From Torpedo marmorata (lineage: Eukaryota): a DNA stretch of 64,000 bases. The translations under genes were made by a program, and so were the position numbers. Shown here piece by piece: positions 36,627 through 48,990 of this stretch; the stretch's first letter is position 1; each line of letters opens with the position of its first letter. Where the stretch lies: NCBI GenBank assembly GCA_977017645.1, contig OZ360242.1:18166001-18230000 (forward strand). Reading direction: 5' to 3'. The notes under the pieces were generated by a model, which did not search any database, was not told where the DNA came from, and saw only the letters and a list, made by a program, of their open reading frames with translations.

Positions 36627-38141
36627 ATACCCAAATGGTACACTATCCAACACTGTACATTATATATTCTGTAAACTCAATGGGCACAATCTCACTGTCA
36701 GACAACTCCACTAGCCACACTATTTGTTCATCCTTTCACAATCACATTCCTTATTCTTTGTGCACACTGATAAGGCCAGGCAATCCCACTCTGCATGATC
36801 ACTGTGCACACATTCCCACACTGAGCGAACATTCATTACCCTTACTCTGCATTTAATATGTTCACTGTATATGTGATATGTGATCTCATTATGATACAAT
36901 TCCACACCATACACACTGTGTATACTTTGTCACACTCTTATTCTCACATTCCCACAATTTACACTGATTCCCAAACAACCCAACTCTCTACACTCATAGG
37001 GATGAGAATGTCACACTGTACACTACACTATCACACAATTTCTGTCTGTCCATACAATGAGGGGCACACTTACAATGCATTCAACGCATCTCAAACTGTA
37101 CACAATCTATCCTACGATCCCAAACTGTACAAACATCATGCACACTTACTGATACATGAATTCACACATTAAACTCACAGCCACAATCTGTCACATAATC
37201 CCATATTGTGCACCCATCCTGGGCGTTCTTTCTCACTCCTCTACAGAGAAGTCTCCGTGTACATTTACGTTGCAAACTTCATTCCACTCATCTACAGTTT
37301 ACTCACTGTCACACAATTCCACTCACTACAGACACTCTCCACCACTGCAGACAATCACCACCACTGCACACTGTTATGCACCATGAATGACCATTTCGAC
37401 TGCGGACGGTCAGCAGGAAGGATGAAGTCTTTTTGAATACACACTGGGACCAGGTACTGAAACAGTTAACTTGTCCAGGACTGGCTGTGCTCAGAGAGAG
37501 AGACACACATAGAGAGAAAGAGAGACAGGCTGTGGAAAGATACTTTGTTGCACTTTTGCAAAAGCAGGTGCAAACCTCTGCAAAAAGCATTCAGTTTGGA
37601 GTTGCAAAAGGCTGGAGAGAACAGCAAACACAGAGGCTTGTGCATTCCAGCTGGAAAGGCTGGAAGAATAGCACATGGCCTCCTGTATCAGCAAAATCCT
37701 GAGATAAAGCAACTTTCGTGGAGAACAGGCGTGAGATCAGCGAGACAGGCTGTGAGATCCAAGTATGTGCCTAAATCAGTGGTATACTGATTTGGAATTG
37801 CAATCCTCGTGCATGTACCAAAAGGGAAAGTCATCAGGGAAGAAAAGCAGGCCAAGCATTCGTAAGCTTAAACAGTCATTGTCTCTCTCTCCAACGTTCA
37901 TTAAGAAGTCCTTCGTGCCAACGCACAGAGCTGAATTTGGACCCTGAATATAGAGAGTGATTTTTGTGGACTGTATTTTTGGGACTGACTTATTTTTATG
38001 ACTGACCTGGGGGTTTTGGGGTATGTTTTCCATTTTTACATGAGGGTTGGGCACAGACTGTTATGGTCTGGGCTTTACACACACACACACACTCTTTAGA
38101 TAAGAATAGTGTTTATAGACGTTTATAGTGGGGTTAATTGT

Positions 38142-38696
38142 CATGGGCATATGGGGACTCCTTGGTTCAGTGGGGCAGAGGGGTTGATTTGCCCGAAATT
38201 GTACACGGTGCCTGCACTGCGCCCGGGCCGTCCCGCAACTCACATCCGGGCCCGGACACAGGCCACTGCCTGCTCCGTGAACCGGCTGCCGGCATGCTGA
38301 GTGGGGGGAGGAGAAGGTGTTGACCGGGCTGAACGGAGAGGTGCTGAACCGGGGGGGGTGGGGGGTGGGTGGTAAATAGCTAGACGCATGCTACGTGCGC
38401 CAAGCTAGTCTCTAGTGACGCTTGACACACGCTAGTGGCAGGGGCGGGTCTGACCGCGAGCGATGGCCACGAGTGTATGGGGGGGGCACAGTACCTCGCT
38501 TGGGGGGCAATGCCCGTGAATGCCCCCCCCTTGGCACCGACCCTGGTGGAGCGGGACCGCCGTCATTGTTAATTTGTTTATCTTTATGCTTTTCTGTCCG
38601 ATTTTTTTTCTTCTTGCTTTACCCAAATTTTCCCTGCTGTTTTGTCTGAATCTGGGGGGCAACTGCCCCAACTGCCCCCCGGCTCGTACACCTATG
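38142..38696. mobile_element. Non-autonomous hAT-type DNA transposon inserted in the 5' LTR of element 4
   Basis: 8-bp TSD TTAATTGT (38134-38141, 38697-38704). Imperfect TIRs CATGGGCATA / TACACCTATG. The empty site is visible in the 3' LTR near 43322. Confidence 0.82.
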
Positions 38697-38722
38697 TTAA
38701 TTGTTAAGAAATTATATGTTTA

Positions 38723-41700
38723 GAGATCAGAAGAAAAGAGGAAAAATTTAATCGAAAAAAAATTGCATTATAATACGTTACAAACATATAAAATGGAAAA
38801 ATTAATTGAAAGAACTAAGCAACGATACTATGAATTGGGAGAAAGAGCACATAAAGTGTTGGCATGGCAATTAAAGAAAGAACAAGCTTCTAGAACTATA
38901 AATGCCATAAAAAAGAATTCAAAGAAAATAACATATAAACCTTGAGAAATAAATTATTCCTTTAGGGAATTTTATTTAAATCTATATAAATCTCAAACTG
39001 ATAAAGATGATTCTAAAATTAATGAATTGTTATCTAAAATTAAGTTACCTAGATTAAATACTCAAAGTAAAAGAACTTTTAGATTTGTCGTTTTCGATGA
39101 GGGAAGTTTATGATGTTCTTAGCTCTTTAACGAGTGGAAAATCTCCAGGGGAGGATGGTTTCCCATCAGAATTTTATAAGGAGTTTAAGGATTTATTGAT
39201 ACATCCATATATGGAGGTGTTAAAACAAATAACGGAAACTCATTCTCTTCCGGAAACGTTTTCAAATGCAATAATTACAGTTATACCAAAAAAAGATAGA
39301 GATGTATTGAAAACAGAATCATATAGACCAATTTCATTGTTAAATGTGGATTATAAGATAATGGCAAATATTTTATCAAATAGAGTGGCTAAATATTTAC
39401 CAGACTTAATTCATGTAGATCAAGCAGTTTTTATTAAGAATAGATATTCAAAAGATAATATAGCCAGATTAATTAGTTTAATAAATGTGGCACAAAAGAA
39501 AGAGGAATTAGCATTAGAATTAACATTAGATGCCAAAAAGGCTTTTGATAGATTAGAGTGGAATTATTTATTTAAAGTATTGGAAAAATTTGGTTTTGGA
39601 ACTACATTTATTAATTGGATTAAAACTATATATAAAGAACCTTCTGCTAGAGTGGTGACAAATGGACAAATTTCTTCAAAATTTTTGTTGACTAGGTCAA
39701 CCAGACAAGGATGTCCTTTGTCGCCAGCATTGTTTATTTTAGCAATAGAACCTTTAGCAGAATTAATTAGACAAGATATTAAGATTGTAGGTATTAAAGT
39801 TGGAAAAGAAGAGCATAAAATTAGTTTATTTGCATATGACGTATTGATTTATATGACAAAACCTATTACTTCTTTAATACAATTGAATGTTTTATTAAAA
39901 GAATATGGGGAAATATCTGGTTATAAGATTAATTCTGATAAAAGTGAAATTATGGCATTGACACAAGGGGATTATAGTAAATGTAAAGAAATTACACAAT
40001 TTAAATGGTCAAAGGAAGGAATTAAATATTTGGGAATAAAGATTGATACAAAATTAGCCAATTTATATAAATTAAATTATTTACCATTATTTATGAATAT
40101 TAAAAAAAGATTTAGAAAGTTGGAAGGATTTACCTATAACTTTAATAGGAAGGGTAAATTGTATTAAAATGAATGTTTTTCCAAGAATTCAATATCTTTT
40201 TCAATAAATTCCTTATGAAATTCCTCAAATTTTTTTTTAAAGGTTTAAATTTAATTATTAGGGTGTTTTTGTGGAAAGGAAAGTTGGCTAGAGTAGTTAT
40301 GGAGAAATTAACTTGGAATTATGAAATGGGTGGTTTACAACTTCCTAATTTTCAAAATTATTATAAAGCAGCTCAATTAAAATTTATTAATGAAATGTTT
40401 GATTTAGGAAAATCTTCTGCTTGGATTAGAATAGAATTAAATAATATAGGTGAAGATTTGAAAGAAGGAGTTATTTATAAATGGAATTCTAAATTATTAT
40501 TAACAAGAGGGAAAAACTCTCCTATTTTTAAAAATTTTTTAGAAATATGGAATAGAGTGGATAGCGAGATAGAAGGGAAAGGGTTAATTTCTCAAAAAAT
40601 GCCTTCATATCAAAATAAACTTATTCCATTTACTGTTGATAATCAATTATTTAAAATTTGGTTCCAAAAGGGAATTAAGAAAATAAATGATTGTTTTGAA
40701 GCCAGTAAATTTATTACTTTTCAAAGAATGAAAGAAAAGTTTAATATATTAAATAATACAGTTTTTGCTTGTTATCAAATTAGAGCATTTTTAGTTGAAA
40801 GGTTGGGTTATAGTTTGACTTTACCAAGACAAAGTGAACTGTAATTATTAATTACTAATGGAGGTGTAAATAAATTTATTTCTCAAATGTATAGATTGTT
40901 ACAGAGAAAAATGCCTAAATTAGGAATTCATAAATCAAGATTAAAATGGGAATCAGATCTCAATGTAACAATAGATGAAGAACATTGGAAAGAACTATGT
41001 AAACAAAGTATGACAAAGATTATTAACATTAGATATAGGTTAGTGCAATATAATTTTTTTCATCAATTATATCTAACACCTAAGAAATTAAAGAAATTTA
41101 ATCTGACATTATCAGGTTTATGTTTTAGATATAATAGAGAAGAAGGTTATTTTGTACACTCTACATGGCTTTGTCCAAAGATATATGATTTTTGGTTGAA
41201 AGTTAAAAAGTTTTTAGACAAAGTATTAAGAATTACACTCCCAATTGATCCTATGATATTTTAATTTGGAGATATTAAAAGAATTAGTATTAAGATGAAA
41301 TTAAATATGTATCAAATAGAATTTTTGCGAATTGCTTTAGCTGTTTCTAAGAAATGCATTGCTATTACTTGGAAATCTGACGTAGATTTAGGGTTAGAAA
41401 GATGGCATGCAGAACTTCGTTCAGCTATACCACTTGAAAAAATTACTTATAATCTACGTAATAAATATCATTTCTTTTTGAAAATATGGAGCCCATATAT
41501 AAAAACTGTTGGTTAAAAGATTTGAAGATCTCTGGATATCAGATCTGACTGGCAAATCTATCTTCCACAATAAAATCAGCTTATAGTTGTTCTTTTTTAG
41601 ATTGACATTCTCCTTACTCTATCTTTTTCTTTCTTTCTTTTCTATTTTAGTAGATTAGTAGTGGTTGGAGGGTTAGGGAGGGGGGGGGTGAAAATGTATC

Positions 41701-41787
41701 ACATGTATTTTGATAATTTTGCATTTTATACTATGTATTCTGTGATTTTAAAATTTTAAATAAAATATTTAAATTAAAAAAAAAACA
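38723..41787 (+). mobile_element. L1-clade LINE, 5'-truncated, same family as 20489-23670, disrupted (LFAYD, frameshifts)
   Basis: ORFs 39085-40167, 40173-40844, 40887-41264 and 41295-41516. Poly(A) tail. 14-bp TSD AAATTATATGTTTA (38709-38722, 41788-41801). Confidence 0.93.
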
Positions 41788-43243
41788 AAATTATATGTTT
41801 AATTGTCTTTAATAAATATAAATTTCAATTTTACCCCTTTTGCATTGCGTCTTCTGTCATTGCTGGTTTGAGTTTTTAACAAATTGGGGGCTCGTCAGAG
41901 TTTGAATCAAGTTCCATCTTGGTAATTGAAGGAATCCCAGTCTGGTTTAAGACATTCCTTTTATAAAGCTAATTAAAAGCTTGTGTGTGTGTAACAAAAA
42001 CCAGCAACAATGGATGTAGAAAATTTTTTGGAATCACCGGAACCTGATACTTTAAAAAAGGCTAAAAAGGAACAGTTAGTGGCTATAGCAACAGAGATGG
42101 GCATTGCTTCTGTAAAACCATCAATGAAAAAGGTGGAGATTGGGAGAAAAATTGCCAAATACTATATAAAAGGGAAAAAGTTTGAGGAGAGCGTGTTAGA
42201 GCAGTTTCCTAAGGGTAAACCTTCTGAAAACATACAGTTGAAACAAAAGAGATTAGACAGGGAATTGGAACTAAAGAAATTGGAATTGGAACGAAAGAGA
42301 TTAGATTTGTAGGCAGCCAGAGAACAAAAGAGATTAGACTTGGAGGCAGACAGATTACAAAAGAGATTAGATTTAGAAAGAGATGAGAAAATTAGGCAAT
42401 ATGAGCTGGAAAGATTAAGTTGGAAAATGAGAGGAGACAAGAAGAGCACCAAGATCAAATTCGTGGTCCTGTTGAGAGGTTTTTGGCCAGTAGAGAAGTT
42501 AGGTTGGTTCCTCTATTTGAGGAGGCGGAAATAGATAAGTACTTCCAAAATTTTCTTTGTGGGTGGGAGGTGTTATGGACCATAACTGACCATTTGGACT
42601 GCGGATGGTCAGCAGAAAGGATGAAGTCTTTTGAGTACACACTGGGACCAGGTACTGAAAGAGTTAACTTGCCCAGGACAGGCTCAGAGAGAGCGACACA
42701 TAGAGAGAGAGAGACAGACTGTGGAAAGATACTTTGTTGCACTTTTGCAAAAGCAGGTGCAAACCTCTGCAAAAAGCATTCAGTTTGGAGTTGCAAAGGC
42801 TGGAGAGAACAGCAAACACAGAGGCTTGTGCATTCCAGCTGGAAAGGCTTGGAGTATAGCACATGGCCTCCTCTATCAGCAAAATCCTGAGAGAAAGCAA
42901 CTTTCATGGAGAACAGGCGTGAGATCAGCGAGACAGGCTGTGAGATCCAAGTATGTGCCTAAATCGCAATCCTCGTGCACCTACCAAAAGGGAAAGTCAT
43001 CAAGGAAGAAAAGCAGGCCAAGCATTCGTAAGCTTAAACAGTCATTGTCTCTCTCTCCAACGTTCATTAAGAAGTCCTTCATGCCAGCGCACAAAGCTGA
43101 AGTTGGACCCTGAACATAGAGAGTGATTTTTGTGGACTGTATTTTTAGGACTGACTTATTTTTATGACTGACCTGGGGTTTTGGGGAAGGTTTTCCATTT
43201 TTACATGTGGTTGGGCACAGACTGTAATGGTCTGGGCTTTATA

Positions 43244-43282
<39 letters not shown>

Positions 43283-44029
43283 CTTAGATAAGAATAGTGT
43301 TTATAGACGTTTATAATGGGGTTAATTGTTAAGAAATTATATGTTTAATTGTCTTTAATAAATATAAATTTCAATTTTACCCCTTTTGCATTGCGTCTTC
43401 TGTCGTTGCTGGTTTGAGTTTGTAACAATAGACTCACCACCACTGTACACACTCACCACCACTGCATACACTCACAACCACTCTCTTCACTCACTAACAC
43501 TGTATACACATCATCACTGCTTACACTCATGACCACTGCATACACTCACCCTCACTGCATACATATACCACCACTGCATACTTTCAACATCAAAGTTTAC
43601 ACTCACTGCCACTGAATACACTCCAAGACACCTTCCACCACACAATACTCTCAGTGCACTCACCACACCATCTCACTACCACAGTACAGCTGTCACCTCA
43701 CATTACAATAGTAAAAACATAGAAGTGCTGGAGGAACCAGGCAGTATCACAGCATCCATAGGAGGTAAATATATATTACCAACGTTTCAGGACTGCGCCC
43801 TTCCTCAAGGCATGAGCACAAAAAGACAGGTGTCTGTGTCAAAAAGCTGGGGAAAAGGGAAGAATGGGAGGGGGAGGAGTACAGACCAACAGACAAAAGG
43901 TGTTAATTGGACATGATAAGAGGACAGGAGAGAGGAAATGTAAGAATTGATGGGGGGGGGTTGCTTCTGGCTCTGTAAAAGGAGACACAAGGAAAGATTA
44001 GGGGGGGTCTAACGAAGTGCATTAAACTG

Positions 44030-44184
44030 CATCTGCTCTGCATCTGCCCACTCACCCAACCTGTCCAAGTCACCCTGCATTCTGATTACATCCTCCTCAC
44101 ATTTCACACTGCCACCCAGCTTCGTGTCATCTGCAAATTTGCTAATGTTACTTTTAATCCCTTCATCTAAATCATTAATGTATA
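44030..44184 (-). mobile_element. CR1 RT fragment
   Basis: IYINDLDEGIKSNISKFADDTKLGG..QGDLDRLGEWA. Confidence 0.88.
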
Positions 44185-44887
44185 TTTTTGAACCTTCTAA
44201 TGCGCTCCGATCAGAGCTGTCATTATTACTCAATTACAATGACGCTTCGAATCACGTGGTTTCGTCTGCACGCGCTACAAGCACGCGCTGTTGTTTTCGT
44301 TGCTGCTGATGTTTTTATAGTCGCTGTTTTTGTCAAATTTTCTGGTGTTTTAGCTACAATATTGTGGTAATTAGTATTTGTGAACCTTTTTGAGAATGAA
44401 GTAGTAATTAAAGGAAAAGAAGGAGGTGGGGGGGAGGGTGGTGGGTGACACCATGAGTTCCCGCCACTGTGTCCCCATGTGGGCTAAGTGTAGCATGGAT
44501 TGCTCCACTGTCCACATCGCCAACAAAAAGGCAGGCATAGCCCTTAGACTTGGAGAAAGTGCGATGAGTGAAAGGAGAACTCAGCTCACATGACAAGCCT
44601 GCGCACATTGACACTGTACCCTGGCAGTGGCTGCTCTCTCAAGCGTGCAAGCCCGCGTTTCTGTTTCTTCGTTACCGAGGGCCGAGGTTGCAGCGTCGTT
44701 AGCGACCAGGAGGCGGGGCTCCGAGCGCCTGACATCAGCCGTATGTTATATAAAGGACGGAGGCGAAGCGAAGCCGGTTAGTCTGTGGAGAATCACAGCG
44801 GGTCGGCTCGGCTCGGCCACACGCCTCGGAGGGGGTGGCGGCGGCGGCTCGTTTGTCAGCAGGTGCCACGGTGCAGAGGTGACCACG
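44185..44887 (+). promoter_or_regulatory. LFNG: LFNG proximal promoter / 5'UTR (CpG-rich)
   Basis: TATATAAAG at 44747-44755, GC box AGGCGGGGCT at 44711-44720, CACGTG at 44253 and CACGCG at 44269 and 44282. CpG-rich region extends through exon 1. Confidence 0.7.
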
Positions 44888-45337
44888 ATGCCGCGGGGCT
44901 GCGCAAGGAAGCTACTCGCCTCGCTCCTGGGGGCCACTCTCACCTGCCTGCTGGTGGTGCTGATGGTGGAGCCGCCGCAGCAGTCGCTCCGGCGAGGGCT
45001 GGAGCTGCGGAGCCGCTCCCTCCAGAGCCTGCAGAGCCCCGGGGACAGCGGGCAGGAGGAGGAGGAGGACGATGAGCCCCAGCCCCCGAGCGGCACCCTG
45101 TCACCGGCTCGCAGCTTCAAGGACTATTTCAGCGATCTGAGCCGGGCCAGGGCTCCGGGAGCCGGAGCGCCACTGAAGCCGCAGTTGAAGCCCTCAGAGG
45201 CGGCCGTCGCTCCCAAACCTTTCCGGGACGACATCGCCGACAGCGACCTGTTCATCGCGGTGAAAACCACGAAGAAATTCCATCGTTCCCGGCTGGAACT
45301 ACTGCTGGACACCTGGATATCTCGCAACCGGCGTCAG
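44888..45337 (+). CDS. LFNG: Lunatic fringe (O-fucosylpeptide 3-beta-N-acetylglucosaminyltransferase), coding exon 1
   Basis: [25 protein letters not shown] signal anchor, DYFS.LSRAR stem motif, [25 protein letters not shown]. 150 codons, phase-0 donor CAG|GTGAGC. Confidence 0.96.
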
Positions 45338-46821
45338 GTGAGCGAGGAGTGCAGTGAAAATATAACGGGGTGGCTAATATTGGGAGAATTGGACAAAACA
45401 AGCGGTTCATATCAGTGTTCTTGTTATAAATGAAATTGTTGGCGTTCTCCCGGTGTAAGTTAAACCGAGCCGCTCGGTATCAAGTTCACCGAGCCGCGGC
45501 GGCAGGAACCGGAGTCTTCCTGGGTTCGCTGCCTGGGACAACTGCGACTATCGCTCCCGGTGAGTGTCTCCACGGTGTGAACTTGTCGGCGTCGAACCGG
45601 ACGCAAGCGCTTCCCCAGGTTGGTCTCCAACCACCACCACAACCTCCCCCATCGACTCACTCTCTCTCTCTCGCTCCCAGGGACACACACACTTCTCACT
45701 CATAGACACCTCTCTTTACCTTGTATTTCCTCCCTATTCCCCCCCTCTGGTTTTGCCTCTTAACCAGTGATTTATCCGGGTTTCCCCATTCTCCTTGTTC
45801 CAGTCGTATTTTGCTTTTGGAAGCTGGTTAGTCTCATCCTCCGCTGCCTCAGCAAATATTTATCTCTGTTAACAGACCATAATCACGTTGCAGTTTGCTG
45901 TGAGTTGCCCGTATTACAGCAGTGACTGCACTTCAGAAGAACTTCATCGCCATAATGGGATTTGTGACCTCTTGAAGGGGCGGATTAATAATGCGACTCT
46001 GCACACTCTGATCTCATCGAAGACCACACTTTGTAGTCGAGGCATTCCATCCTCGGGCTAGGAACTGCCTCTCCGGTTAAGGAAATTGGGGCATCGATCT
46101 TTATTGATCGCAGCCCCAATTAGACATTTTGCATTCAGCTGAATAGGCCACGTTTGAAAGCTCCCTTAAACTACAATAGAAATACCATTGACTTCTCTGT
46201 CATTATTTGGATTTGGCATCTGTCATTTTAAGAGGAATTGTGCTGCCTTTGAAACACTTTAAAATTCAGTTTTATGACTGAAAGCCATCAGATATTTGTG
46301 CTGGTTTAATGTATTGTTAACTTGATTGTTAGTATTGCATCGTTGCTTCATGGATGTTAATGTGATTGAGAGGAAGAAGCAAGCACAATTTTTGTCTTGC
46401 AAGATCCCTGGAGTCTTGAAAGAAGGACTTCCACGCTCTGTCAGCTCTAACCTGATTAAATGGCGGGTTTAACAGAAGCCAAAGGATTTAACCAACTTGC
46501 CTGAGCAGAATGCAGAATTAGGCCAGGAGCAGTGGGCCTGGGCATGTGTTCCCAAGGAGGAGTAACAAGGCAACAATGTGGGGAAGGGGGGGGGGGGTGG
46601 TGTGAGGGGAAGAATGTGTGCATTTTAAAGAAAAATGGAGAGGAGCCTCAAACTTTCCAGGTTTGAAGGCTACTTGAATGAGGCAGTTGATAAAAATGGG
46701 GGAAGTCTGTATCCTAATGGTATTTCTAACGAGATTTTTATGCAGTGGTTTTAATTCAGGTTTGATTTTCATTAAAGACAAAGTTTCATGGGGATAAACC
46801 CTCCACATTGTACAGTTCAGC

Positions 46822-46822
<1 letters not shown>

Positions 46823-46908
<86 letters not shown>

Positions 46909-46912
46909 ATAT
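46823..46912. repeat. Compound (CA)n(TA)n(TG)n microsatellite
   Basis: Seen directly. Confidence 0.95.
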
Positions 46913-48799
46913 ACCGGTACTTGTTCCCTCCTGGGAGTTTGGCGAATTGGGGCCATGTAATTTGATTAGTGATGGTCTTCACTCTTTGACTTGACCGCAC
47001 TTGTCAGTTGTAAAACAGATTTTGGAATCTGAATGTCATTCATTGAATCTAATAGAACTGATGTTAAAGAGGCAGTAGAATTTGAACAGTTTCTTTGCCG
47101 TGGGAAGATGCTGTGGGAGAGTTGTTCCCTTGAAGTTCAGGTAAAGCATGCAGACAGCAAACCTTTAAAATGCCACTCTTGAAAGGTGAAAGGAAATGCC
47201 TTGAATCATGTCATCAACAGGAAGATCGATACCAAAGCCAAATGGTGATTATAGGCTGTGTTCCTCCGTTGCAAATTTGGAACCTTTGCCTAGACAATGG
47301 CATTGAAACTCATCAAAAGATAAATTGAACTCTGATAACTATTTTGTACATGACAATTATAGTTTCTGCTTTTTTGAGTCACTAACACAAATGCATCTAA
47401 AGGTTTAATGTTAGCAAAAATTAGTATCAGACTGACAGGGGAAATGTGATGCAAATAGTTTGTTATGCAGAAGAAGTTTTTCTGTTAATGTCATTGAGAT
47501 GAATTATTAGTCATGTCAGTCCTGGAAAGTAATCAGATTAGACTAGTTTTACCTGTCAACAGAAGCTCACTTAAAATGAATGACTGCTGGATATTTGGAT
47601 CCAGTCTCACCTGGTGACTAGTCTTGTTTGGTCAAGGTTTGTTATTAATGCCTACAGCGATGAACCGTTCAGTCCCAACAACATTACACAAGCTCACAAA
47701 TGCTGATTTCATAAGATTTGAAACTACCACATTTTAATGTTCATGGATAATGTCTAAACAATCGAAGCATGCTCAATCGACCAAAGGTTCACTCAAAATA
47801 ATGTTCTTTGGTTTGATATAGCATCATTGAAAAAATTTTCTTTTAATCCTGTAATAGATTTTTTTTCCTGGTATAAATCGTATGTGATACTCATAGCTTT
47901 GAGAGTTGTTCAGCTTGTATCCCAAGCCTGAGTGATCATAGTTCAGCTCTCACGCTGTCTCCTTAAAGGCTAACAAAGCCCTTTTCTGAAAACAGAGAAT
48001 GGAGCCCCAGCCTCTTGTGCTGGGCTTTCCATGGGAACGTAGAAGATGAAGCTATGGATTTGGAAAGAAGAGAAGCTGAGGTCAGGTTGCCTGGCAATGG
48101 GAAAGGGTTCCCAGCTTATGACACTTAGAGTGACAGTGAACAGTTTTATCCTCCACAGCCAGCTAAATCATTGCCTATGGGTTTAATATCTACAGTTGTA
48201 AAAAAAAATCAAGCTATGGTATTGTAACCTTGAAGAGAAATCCAAGGCTGTCAAGTTATTTTATATACACTAGAATATGTAGAATATATAATTATGTTCA
48301 ATGGCAATCTAATGCCCTTATTTTCCTGCACAGGACTTGCAAGGTGTACTGTCCAGAGAATTGGCCCTCCTCTGTTTATTGTTTGAGATAATGTATATAC
48401 CTATTGTAAAATGAATGACAATTATCACCTAGCTCAGGCTTTATAAATTGTACCATATGGCATTTATGCAAAATTTCATCACAACCAAATATGTAAATGT
48501 CTATATGCTTCATTAGTTTGGTTAAAATGTATCACACTGCTAACATTATGGATGACTTTTTAAAAAATATCAATGATGGAAATCTAAATCAAGAACAGAA
48601 AATCTCAGAAATACTCATCTGGGTTCGGCAGCATGTGTGGAAAGAAAAATAGAATCATAAAGGTGTTTGACGTGAAATGTTAACTCTGCTTCTCTTTCCA
48701 AAGATGACTGATGTGTATTTCCAGTATTTTTTGCTAACAATGTAATCTACTTATCAGATGAATGAACATTAATTAGCACATGCAATTACGACTGGGATT

Positions 48800-48990
48800 G
48801 TCTGATCTTGGAAGCTGAGCAGGCACAGTACTTGGAGGGGAGACCGCCTAGGAACACCAGGTTTCTGTGAGGGGCGCTGGACAAAGTAGCGACTCTCTGT
48901 CTGCCTTACGGTAGACAAAAATTAAAGAATTTCATGTATGTTGCATTCTAAATGTAGTATTGCGTGACAATAATGGAACCTTTACCTTTA
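48800..48990 (+). mobile_element. 5S rRNA-derived SINE (partial 5S head plus LINE-type tail)
   Basis: GTCTGATCTTGGAAGCTGAGCAGG...AGTACTTGGAGGGGAGACCGCCTAGGAACACCAGGT matches vertebrate 5S rRNA (box A to box C, with a short deletion). The tail is shared with the GC-rich retroposon. Confidence 0.8.

Larger units (their letters stand above)
37372..43427 (+). mobile_element. Internally deleted Gmr1-like element 'element 4' (same family as element 3)
   Basis: 5' LTR 37372-41881 (interrupted twice). PBS TGGGGGCTCGTC at 41885. Gag fragment 42010-42550 joined directly to the PPT. 3' LTR 42571-43427. The flanking 4-mers (ACAC/ATAG) do not match well. Confidence 0.9.

Noticed and set aside
42420-43113. 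156-160 aa ORFs running from gag into the LTR, as a possible accessory gene
   Set aside because: They result from the deletion junction and LTR sequence. The frames are broken in the other LTR copies.
44627-44887. Apparent 87-aa N-terminal extension of LFNG, and read-through of the same ORF to 45433
   Set aside because: The ORF starts at GTG upstream of the TATA box. Homology begins at ATG 44888 and ends at the splice donor 45338.
48800-48868. Functional 5S rRNA gene
   Set aside because: The 5' third is missing, there is an internal deletion and no T-run terminator, and it is fused to a retroposon tail.
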